This document shows positions 49,734 through 60,117 of a stretch of 64,000 bases of DNA, piece by piece. The notes below the pieces were generated by a model. The model was not told the DNA's origin. It made no database searches and was given only the letters and a program-made list of their open reading frames with translations. The stretch comes from Mustelus asterias (taxonomy: Eukaryota). The translations under genes and the position numbers were made by a program. Position 1 is the stretch's first letter. Each line of letters opens with the position of its first letter. The stretch covers positions 22,816,001 to 22,880,000 of the forward strand of contig NC_135815.1 in the NCBI RefSeq assembly GCF_964213995.1, given 5' to 3'.

Positions 49734-51628
49734 AGGACTAAATTGGCACATTTTTCACCTGACAGGAATTTACATGCAACATTTAAATGTCTGAAGCCCA
49801 GTTCAACTTAAACAAACACATGAGAAAGCTGAAATTACTTTTGCTTTATCTACAAAGATTAAGTAATGTTTTATTTTTATCTCGAGTTGTCACGTGAGAA
49901 TAAGGGAGTAGTAATTAGAAGCTCTGAGCTGCAGCTTGATAATCAGGTCCACGACTCCTGATCACACCACAGCATTGACAGGTCCAATGGTGCGCAGATA
50001 GACCACGTTTTACATTCCCCGTGTCTCTGTAATTAAGGGGAATTTGCAAGCTGATTTATGTATTTTTTCCTGTGGTGGTTATATTGGGAACTGTTTGAAA
50101 ATGAAATGCATAATTAACATGTCAAAGTGTGGCTGTGTTTGTGTCCACGGATCTAACTTTGAAGCAACAGCATTGTCCTCTCGTCTGTAGCATGTCAGTA
50201 GCCACGCTGAAGCCAGTTTAATGTCAGGCTGTCACCTTTTCCCAACTCCAACATTTGACAAGGGCAGGATTGGGGCTAGACAGAGAGGGCGGACTCGTGG
50301 CTTCAGTTCTGTCTCTTCAGCGCTGGTGAACTGGAATGACTGTGATTTCCACCAATGCGGTAACGGGAGATTCTCTCCCATAATGTGTGCCCAGTAAATC
50401 CATCACAGCTTCTCGGACAGCCCAACAGAAAATGCCTTTTGAAAAGGAACAAAAACAGAAAATGCTGGAAAATCCCAGCAGGTGTGACAGCGTCTTGGGG
50501 AGAGAGAATAGAGCCAATGTTTGGATGACCCTCCCTCAGAGCGTTTTAACAAGAAACTGGGAAACAGCTATAACTGTTCCCACAAATCAGCCCACAATGT
50601 TACATCAGGAAACACTGCCGAAAGGACATAAGAGGAACCGTGGATAACCAGGGAAATTGCCTGTCACCCTTGATCCAGTGTGATTTAACCTAGTCAAAAA
50701 GAAAAGGGTACTTACGTCAGGTCTGGGCAACTAAAAACAGACGAAGCACTTGAAGAATACAGAGAAAGTAGGGAAGTGCTCAAACAGGGAGTTAGGAGGG
50801 CCAAAAGCAGTCACGAAATGTCCTTGGCAGGCAGGATTAAGGAGAATCCCAAGGCATTTTATACATATATTAGGAACAAGAGGATAGCTAGAGAAAGACT
50901 TGGCCCACTCAAGGACAAAGGGAGGAAATTATATGTAGAACCAAAGGAAGTGGGTGAAATCCTTAATGAGCACTTTGCATCGGTGTTCACAAAGGAGAGG
51001 GACACGTTGATTGATGGTGTCTCGGAGGGATATGTAACCCCCTAGAGCAAGTCATCATTACGAGGGAGGAAGCATTAAGGTAGACAGATCCCCAGGGCCA
51101 GATGACATCTATCCCAGATGACTGAGGGAGACAAGAGAGGAAATTGCTGGGTCTCTAACAGAGATCTTTGTTTCCTCATTGGCCACAGGTGAGGTCCCAG
51201 AGGATTGGAGGATAGCCAATGTTGTCCCATTATTTAAGAAGGGTAACAAGGATAACCCGGGTAATTATAGGTCAGTGAGCTTGACGTCAGTGAATTAGTT
51301 GGAGAAGATTCTTAGGGATAGGATCTATACACATTTGGGACTGAATGGTCTTATTAGCGACAGACAGCATGGTTTTGTACCAGGGAGGTCATGTCTCACA
51401 AATTTGATAGAGTTTTTGAGGAGGTGACAAAAATGATTGACGAGGGAAGGGCCGTTGCTGTTGTCTACATGGATTTTAGTAAAGCATTTGACAAGGTCCC
51501 TCATGGCAGGCTGGTGCAAAAGGTTAAATCAGGGTGAACTAGCTAAATGGATTCAGAACTGGCTTGGCCATAGAAAGAGTTTTAACAACACCAGGTTAAA
51601 GTCCAACAGGTTTATTTGGTAGCAAATA

Positions 51629-51665
51629 CCATTAGCTTTCGGAGCGCTGCTCCTTCATCAGATGG
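51629..51665 (-). ncRNA. Minimal hammerhead ribozyme, intact core
   Basis: Minus strand reads ccau-CUGAUGA-A-GGAGC-AGC-GCUCC-GAAA-GCUA-augg, with perfect stems I and II and a palindromic AGCU stem III. Confidence 0.8.
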
Positions 51666-51988
51666 AGTGGAAATGTGCTCTCAAACAGGGCACAGAGACA
51701 CAAAATCAAGTTACAGAATATTGATTAGAATGCGAATCCCTACAGCCAACCAGGTCTTAAAGGTACAGACAATGTGGGTGGAGGAGTAACCCCCACAGCT
51801 TGCCTCCTGGACTTGCGGGCTGGCCTGTCTGGAGACAATACACATCTCTTTAACCTTTGTTTAATGCTCCCTCCACCCACATTGTCTGTATCTTTAAGAT
51901 CTGGTTGGCTGTAGGGATTCGCAATCTAATCAGTATTCTGTAACTTGATTTTGTGCCTCTGTGCCCTGTTTGAGAGCACATTTCCACT

Positions 51989-52025
51989 CCATCTGACGAA
52001 GGAACAGCGCTCTGAAAGCTAATGG
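51989..52025 (+). ncRNA. Minimal hammerhead ribozyme motif, weakened stem II
   Basis: ccau-CUGACGA-A-GGAAC-AGC-GCUCU-GAAA-GCUA-augg. Confidence 0.65.
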
Positions 52026-53170
52026 TATTTGCTACCAAATAAACCTGTTGGACTTTAACCTGGTGTTGTTAAAACTCTTACCATGTTCACCCTAGTCCAA
52101 CGCCGGCATCTCCACATCTTGGCCATAGAAGACAGAGGGTAGCGGTGGAAGGGTGTTTTTCTGAATGGAGGTCTGTAACTAAGGTGTTCCACAGGGATCA
52201 GTGCCGGGACCTCTGTTGTTTGTAATATATATTCATGACTTGTAAGAAAACGTAGCTAGTCTGATTAGCAAGTTTGCGGATGTTGCTAAGATTAGCGGAG
52301 TTGCGGATAGTGATGAAGATTGTCAGAGAATACAGCAGGATATAGATAGGCTGGAAAATTGGGCGGAGAAATGGCAGATGGAATTTAATGAGGACAAATA
52401 CGAGATGATGAATTTTGGTAGATCCAATTCAGGTGGGAGCTATAAAATAAATGGCAGATCCATCAGCAGCATAGACACACAGAGAGATCTGGGGGTTCAT
52501 GTCCACATATCCTTAAAAGTGGCAGCACAGGTGGAAAAGGTGGTGAAGAAAGCATATGGCATGCTCTGCCTTCATCAGACGGGGCATCGAGTATAAAAGT
52601 TGGCAAATTATGTTACAGTTATATAAAACGTTGGTTCGGCCACATTTGGAATACTGTGTCCAATTCTGGTCGCCACACTACCAGAAGGACGTGGGGGCTT
52701 TGGAGAGAGTACAGAAAAGGTTTACCAGGATGTTGCCTGGTATGGAGGGTATCAGTTATGAGGAGAGATTGAATAAACTGGGATTGTTCTCCCTGGGAAG
52801 ACGGAGGCTGAGGGGCGACCTGATAGAAGTTTATAAAATTATGAAGGGCATAGATGAGGCGAACAGTTGGAAGCTTTTTCCCAGAGCAGAAATGACAATT
52901 ACAAAAGGGCACAAGTTCAAGGTAAAGGGGGAAAGATTCAGTGGAGATGTGCAAGGGAGGTTTTTTACACAAAGGGTGGTGGGGGCCTGGAATGCATTGC
53001 CAAGTGAGGTGATTGAGGCAGACACATTAGCGACATTTAAGGCTTATCTGGATAGACAAGTGAACAGGCAGGGAATAGAGGGATATAGGCGGTTGGTCTA
53101 GATGGGACAATGTGATCGGCGCAGGCTTGGTGGGCCGAAGGGCCTGTCCCTGTGATGTACTTTTCTTTGT

Positions 53171-53468
53171 AGGGGTAGCACTGTGGTTAGCACTGCTGCT
53201 TCACAGCGCCAGAGACCCAGGTTCGATTCCCAGCTTGGGTCACTGTCTGTGTGAAGTCTGAACATTCTCCCTGTGTCTTAGTGGGTTTCCTCCGGGTGCT
53301 CCGGTTTCCTCCTACAGCCCGAAAGACGTGCTGGTTAAGTGCATTGGCCATGCTAAATTCTCTCTCAGTGTCCCCGAACAGGCGCCGGAGTGTGGCGACG
53401 AGGGGATTTTCACAGTAACTTCATTGCAGTGTTAATGTAAGCCTACTTGTAACACTAATAAATAAACA
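53171..53468 (+). mobile_element. HE1-like V-SINE, type B tail
   Basis: Forward copy directly after the CR1 tail. Confidence 0.8.
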
Positions 53469-53868
53469 ATGATGCCCCACATTACAAGCTTGAACAAAAC
53501 AGTTTTACTTTAGGTGAAGTTTGTTAGGGTATTTGCTGTTGACACTTCAGACTGAATAGGCTCACTTCAACAGTTAAGTGTAGTTCATTGAAACACATAG
53601 GCCGGAATTTCCCGACCTCACCCATTGCTGGGATTCTCCAGTCCCGCTGCAGTGAATGGAGTTTTGGCTGAGCACCAAATTCTCCGTTCTCGCTGTCAGC
53701 GGTATCAGGACGAACGAGATCGGAGAATCCCGGCCATAGTTTAAAAAAAAATCAAACCCTACAATGGAGGACATCACCAAGGTCGAAAGAAAGATAAAGG
53801 GAAGGAAAAATACATTAAGTAGCAATTGTGCAAATATGAATAGATGCCAGATATCTTTACATTTTTAA

Positions 53869-54081
<213 letters not shown>

Positions 54082-55304
54082 TGAATCTAATAAATCGTGA
54101 CTTCCAAAAGTGTTTAGTGAAGGACCCTACAGGAGGCAGAAATGGAAGCTCATGATATGAAGATGAAGTTATAAATATAAATTAGATTATGAATTAGCCA
54201 GACAAAGGGGAAACAGAGGGCAATTATCAATGGCTCCAGTGCACTGAAAAGAATTCCAGGAAATTGTTACCGACAATCAGATGAGATCACAGTACAGAGG
54301 CACAAAAGGATTGGGAGAAAATCAGCACGACTCTGAAATCATAAAGAAGTGATGAGAGTTAATTAATCTTTTCCCATTCTCTAAAAGGACAAAATTCAAG
54401 AGTATTCTGAAATTATTAAGTGGAGCAACTTTTAGCGTTCTTGAAGCGTGGACAAAGCCGCCTGTCCAGGCTTTTAGGTTCCCCTTGGGCATTAGTGTGC
54501 AACTGGAGAGACATAGAGGCCTTATACCAGATAGGTTTAAATTCAACCCCAACCATTTTGGTTGTGATTTGCTGGTGAGTTCACACTCTTAAGTTGCACT
54601 GATGGGAATTTGAACTAATTGCTACTGGTTTTGTTATTTAAGTGCCATAACCAGTAGAAAGCCACACCCTTCTTGAAGGAGCAGGGGGTAGAAATCTTGG
54701 GGAGTGGACACAGAGGTTCCTTCTTTGAACCAAGATGACAAAGGTAAAGCTTATCATACATCAATCAAACCACAAGTTAAATATGACTTGAGGAATAAAG
54801 GGAGTACAGTAGGGGAATGATCTGACACCAAAACAGGAGGGAGGTTAAGGAAATCTGATCAATTGTGAACATGAACCTGAATGACAAGATGATCGATCCG
54901 CTCTCATTCCTGCCTCCGTGCATGCTATTTATTTTTAACGTCTATTGTTGCACGTCTGCTGAGCTTGCACGTGCATTTGTGTGGAGCAGGCCCTTATCTC
55001 TGCCCAGCTCCTGCTGGTGACCAGGATTCACCCAGTGAGAGAATTCAACCCTTCTCCAGTATTGCACACCCCGCTGCCAGCGAGAATGGAGAATTTGGCA
55101 CCCAGTCAAATCTCCATTCAGTGCCGGGGGACCGGAGAATCCCAGCTGCAGGTGAGGTGGGAGAATTCTGGCCACTTTTGGGGCCACTGATGTTCAGTAA
55201 AAGGGAAATTGGGATCCAGTGAGTTGAAATTCTTGAGGTAATCCATTAGGAAGCAGAAAATAAGACATATGACAAACAGAAAGAAAATTACAGACGCCGA
55301 TCAT

Positions 55305-55620
55305 ACAATCATAGAATCCTACAATGCAGGAGGAGGCCATTCAGCCCATCGAGTCTGCACCGACCACAATCCCACACAGGCCCTATCCCTGCAACCGCAT
55401 GCATTTACCCTAGCTAGTCCCCTTGACACTAAGGGGCAATTTAGCATGGCTAACCCGCACATCTTTGGACTGTGAGAGAAACCGGAGCACCCGGAGGAAA
55501 CCCACACAGACACGAGGAGAATGTGCAAACTCCACACAGACAGTGACCCAAGCCGGGAATCGAACTTGTCGCTGGCGCTGTGAGGCAGCAGTGCTAACCA
55601 CTGTGCTATCGTGCCGCCCC
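55305..55620 (-). mobile_element. HE1-like V-SINE, type A tail
   Basis: Full-length reverse copy. Confidence 0.85.
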
Positions 55621-55922
55621 AAGTTATATGAATATTGATTAATATTTTAGAACTTAGTTTCCTTTCTGAAGGTGATGTTTTACACTGGGGTACTATGCCA
55701 AAGGCACTTGTAATTTCTGAAGCCTCGCAGGAGTGAATATTAATGAACACAGCTAACTTTAGTTCTTCCTAATTTTGGAATGCAGGGTTCAATTGTGCAA
55801 ATGTTAAGAGCTCCATTTATTTAATGGAGTGTGCTTCGGGAAGGTGCATTTCAGTGGGCAGGTTTTCCATATGACCTGTGATCTGGTCACTAACAACATA
55901 TTATTTGCACTTTTTCCTCCAG

Positions 55923-56750
55923 GATCCTGATGTCATAAACACGTCTTTGCCTGTAGAATACGGGCCTCCAGCAGAAGAAGAAGGAAATGTTCCGATGCGC
56001 CCAGATGACCCTGACGGATTGGCGCCCCTGTTAGTATCACCAGCACAAGAAGCAGAGAGTGAAGGCGCTCCCACTGATCCCTCCCCGGCACCCGAGCGTC
56101 CAACCAGCCTCTGCCTAGGTGAACACCGGGTCAAATTTGGCCCAAAAGATTCTGCCGTTGTACATACTGGAGGGCCGGCTGAGGAGGGCTCTCACGTCAA
56201 CAAGACATACTCACAAATAAACAACTCTTCTGCTTTACCGCAAGGCAGAGGCTCCCGGAAAAAGCCCACCAACCTCTGGAACCCGACGTACGGGTCTTGG
56301 TTCACAGAAAAGCCGATGGTGCAGAACAGCAACACTTTGACTGACAACAAACCAGCGGAAAGGGAGGATTCTGGTTTCCATGCCAGCGGCAGTTCTTCTG
56401 CCACCATCCCAACTTCCAGACCGCAGGCCTCTGCTGTTGTACTAGAACCTTCTTCCCTCCTCGCCAATACGTTGGATGTGCCTCTTTTCCGGCTGCAGCA
56501 TTTTCCTTGTGGGAATGTGAGTTATGCATTCCAGCAACAACAACAACAACAGCAACAACAGCAGCAGCAGCTGCAGGGTCTGCCTCTGGAAGCAACCTCT
56601 GCTTGTGTTTCCTGTAAGGAAGATTACAACTCACATGTCAGTAAGGGCTTACCTGTCCAGCAGGACCCACGTGTTCACCCTGTTGCCAATATACCCACTT
56701 GGGACTCAGGACTCTCTCTAGCGGAGGATGTAAATGTTACTATACTGTAA
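55923..56750 (+). CDS. ALK: ALK last coding exon (human exon 29 equivalent, C-terminal tail)
   Basis: Polypyrimidine tract and cag acceptor, then DPDVINTSLPVEYGP...KPTNLWNPTYGSWFTEKP...VPLFRLQHFPCGNV...GLPLEA to TAA at 56748-56750. These tail motifs match ALK rather than LTK. Confidence 0.96.
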   Translation, partial: DPDVINTSLPVEYGPPAEEEGNVPMRPDDPDGLAPLLVSPAQEAESEGAPTDPSPAPERPTSLCLGEHRVKFGPKDSAVVHTGGPAEEGSHVNKTYSQINNSSALPQGRGSRKKPTNLWNPTYGSWFTEKPMVQNSNTLTDNKPAEREDSGFHASGSSSATIPTSRPQASAVVLEPSSLLANTLDVPLFRLQHFPCGNVSYAFQQQQQQQQQQQQQLQGLPLEATSACVSCKEDYNSHVSKGLPVQQDPRVHPVANIPTWDSGLSLAEDVNVTIL

Positions 56751-57034
56751 ATAAGAAAAAAAACTGAAAGGTGGTTTTACTTGAGCAAGTATTACGCCGA
56801 CCAAAATTAAAAGAACAAGCAGTAGCAAACACCGTTTTGGCACACAGGGCTAGCACACAGGGTTTTAATTTTGAGCTGAAAATATAGCAAGAGCCACATT
56901 TGATTTTGAGACATGCTGTGCGATCAATGCATGTGAAAGACCGAGTCCGTGTACAGGTAACCTTGGGCTAAACTTACAAGTACAAAAAAACCACTGCAGC
57001 ACCAACTAAGCTAATTTATTGTGTTACAAACAAA

Positions 57035-58538
57035 CATAGAAACCAGAAGCAGGAGGAGGCCATTCGGCCCTTCGAGCCGGCTCCACCATTCATTTTGATC
57101 ATGGCTCATCATCGAATTCAATATCCTGACCCCGCCTTCCCCCCATATCCCGCGATCCCTTTAGCCCCTAGAGCTATCTCTAATTTCTTCTTGAAATCAG
57201 ACAACGTTTTGGCCTCAACTACTTTCTGTGGTAGTGAATTCCACACATTCACCACCCTCTGGGTGAAGAAATTTCTCCTCACCTCAGTTCTAAAAGGTTT
57301 ACCCCTTATCCTCAAACTATGACCCCTATTCTGGACTTCCCCACCATTGGGAATATTCTTTCTGTATCCACCCTGTCAAACCCTGATAGAATTTTATACG
57401 TTTCTTTGACATCCCTCTCACTCTTCTAAACTCCAGTGAATATAATTTTAACTAATTTAGTCTCTCCTCATATGACAGACGTGCCATCACAGGAATCAGC
57501 CTGGTAAACCTTTGCTGTACTCTCTCTATAACAAGGACATCCTTCCTCAGATAAGGACACCAAAACTGCGCACAATACTCCAGGTGTGGGCTCACCAATG
57601 CCCTATACAATTGCAACAAAACATCCCTATCCCTATACTCAAATCCTCTCACTGTGAAGGCCAACATACCATTTGCCTTCTTTACTGCCTGCTGTACCTC
57701 CATACTTACTTTCAGCGAATGACACACAAGGACTCCAAGGTCTCGTTGAGTATCCACCTCTCTCAATTTACACCCATTCAAGTAATAATCTGTCTTCCTA
57801 TTATTGCTACCAAGGCAGATAACCTCACATTTATCCACATTATACTGTATCTGCCATGCAGATGCCCACACACTCAGCCTGTCCAAATCACACTGAAGCA
57901 TCTTTGCATCCTCCTCACAACTCACCCTCCCACCCAACTTTGTATCATCTGCAAATTTGGAGATAATACATTCAGTTCCTTCTTCCAAATCATTAATATA
58001 TAATGTGAACAGTTGGGGTCCTAGCACAGATCCCTGCGGAACTCCACTAGTCACTGACTGCCAATCTGAAAAAGACCTTTTTCTGCCAACTCTTTGCTTC
58101 CTATCTGTTAACCAGCTTTCAGTCCATCTCAAGACATTATCTGCAATCCCATATGCTTTAACTTTACATTGTAGTGTGTCTTGCGAGGCCTTGTTGAAAG
58201 CCTTTTGAAAGTCGAGATAAACCACATCCACTGGTTCTCCTAAGTCAACTCTACTAGTTACTTCCTCAAAAAATTCCAATAGATTCATCAAGCATGATTT
58301 CCCTTCTGTAAATCCATGCTGACTTTGTCTGATTATACCACAGCCTTCCAAATGCCGAGTTATGAAATCCTTGGCAATGGACTCTAGCAACTTCCCCAGT
58401 ACCGACGTTAGGCTCACTAGTCTATAGTTCCTTGTTTTCTCTCTACCTCCCTTTTTGAATAGTGGGTTTATGTTTGCTACCCTCCAATCTGTAGGAACCA
58501 TTCCAGAGTCCAAAGAATTTTGGAAAATAATCACCAAT
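57035..58538 (-). mobile_element. CR1 LINE 3' portion with a 361-codon open RT frame
   Basis: ORF 57452-58537 has QHGF, VYLDFQKAF, GVPQGSVLGP and KFADDTKL; the CR1 tail lies at about 57035-57110. Confidence 0.92.
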
Positions 58539-58747
58539 GGATTACAGTAACTTTTGAACTGAAATAGCGTTTTTGAGTGAAGGATCTACAAAAGCCACTG
58601 TGCAGAATTCTCCACTGGAATTATCTTTTGCCAAATTCTGCAGTGGTCTTTTAATTACCATGTCCCTTTTCTCACCAGCACACCCCACGCACTCCTGAAG
58701 AGGGAAGTGATTGGTTTTGAAAACTGAGGAGAAGTACAAATCTATTC

Positions 58748-59070
58748 ATAGAATATGTACAAATCCCTACAGTGCAGAAGGAGGCCATTTGACCCATTGA
58801 GTCTGCACCGACCACAATCCCACCCAGGCCCGATTCCCGTAAGCCCACATATCTACTCTGCTCATCCCCCTGACACTAGGGTCAATTTAGCATGGCCAAT
58901 GCACCTAACCTGCACATCTTTGGACTGTGGTAGGAAACCAGAGCACCCAGAGGAAACCCACGCAGACACGGAGAGAATGTGCAAATTCCACACGGACAGT
59001 GACCCGAGGCTGGAATTGAACCCAGGTCCCTGGTGCTGTGAAGCAGCAGTGCTAATCACTGTGCCACCTT
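58748..59070 (-). mobile_element. HE1-like V-SINE, type A tail
   Basis: Full-length reverse copy. Confidence 0.85.
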
Positions 59071-59819
59071 GCATTTATATAGCACCCTTCACCATCTCAA
59101 TATGTCTCAAAGTACTTCACAGTCAATCGAGTAATTGTGAAGACAAGTCGCCATTATAATGTAGGAAAATCAATACGAGGAGTTGTTTGTGAAAAATCAA
59201 AGGCAGAGCAAGGAGATGTAACACTGTAAATGATGGCAAGATCCCACTGATCGGTGAAACAACTACTGATCGCACTCAAGTGTGCGGTGTCAACAGGTGG
59301 TCACCTGATCCACATACAGGGGACTTTCACTACTCGGGCTGTCCATCTGACCCAGAGTGTTGTAATGTATGGTGGTGGGTGCCTGGTCTGGGACAGTCTT
59401 CCTTCCCCCTGTATCCCACCAGGAAAAAAGTGAGCAACCTCCCCTCAGCTCCCTTTGTAAATGGCTGCATGTAAGTCTAAAACAAAACATGATTTTGATC
59501 TTTGGGTTTGTATCGACACCCACTCCCCCCCCCCCCCCCCCCCAAACCCGCCATCACCTCTCCAACTCTCGCAAAATGTCTCATGTACATCAAGGGGTCC
59601 TGTACAATTTCCCTGACTGCAAATACTGGCCTTCTGTACGGCCAAGGTTACAGGAACTCCCAGTGTGTGGAAGCCTAAATCCCAGCCCCCATCCATTACC
59701 TTCCACATTTTACTGGCCTGTGAGGGATAGGCAGAAGCATATCCTCTGACAAGACCGGTATATGATGGATCCAGATCCCAGTGTATTTTCTGGACCTTCT
59801 GCTGCATCCCAACCCTCCC

Positions 59820-60117
59820 TTAGAATCCCTATAATACAGAAAGTGGCCATTGGGCCCATCGAGCCTGCACCGACAACAATCCAACCAGGCTCTATTCCCG
59901 TAAGCCCACTAATCTCCCTGACACTAAGGGGAAATTCTGCATGGCCAATCAACCTAACCTGCACATCTTTTGACTGTGGGAAGAAACTGGAGCACCCGGA
60001 GGAAACCCACGCAGACATGTGCAAACTCCTTACAGACAGTGACGCAAGGTCAGAATTGAACCTGGATCCCTGACGCTGCGAGGCAGCAGTGCTAGCCGTT
60101 GTGCCACCGTGTCGCCC
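59820..60117 (-). mobile_element. HE1-like V-SINE, type A tail
   Basis: Reverse copy. Confidence 0.8.

Larger units (their letters stand above)
51576..52117 (+). mobile_element. Penelope-like element with inverted pLTRs and two hammerhead motifs
   Basis: Inverted arms of about 210 bp (51576-51787 / 51867-52078) and a 13-bp TSD cttggccatagaa (51563-51575 and 52118-52130) inside the CR1. Confidence 0.8.
50635..53170 (+). mobile_element. CR1 LINE (about 2 kb, degraded) interrupted by a Penelope-like element
   Basis: IKENPKAFYTYI, PEDWRIANV, QHGF, KFAD, LYKTLVRPHLEYCVQFWSP...FFTQRVVGAWNALP and the tail gggccgaagggcctgt. Confidence 0.9.

Noticed and set aside
50445-50550. Possible hammerhead in a second Penelope-like pLTR family (also about 5185-5290, 6210-6300, 61140-61260)
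   Set aside because: The core is too degenerate to call a ribozyme.
55878-55922. ORF-track N-terminus MIWSLTTYYLHFFLQ (and similar extensions at 47647 and after 53967)
   Set aside because: Intronic read-through outside the splice sites.
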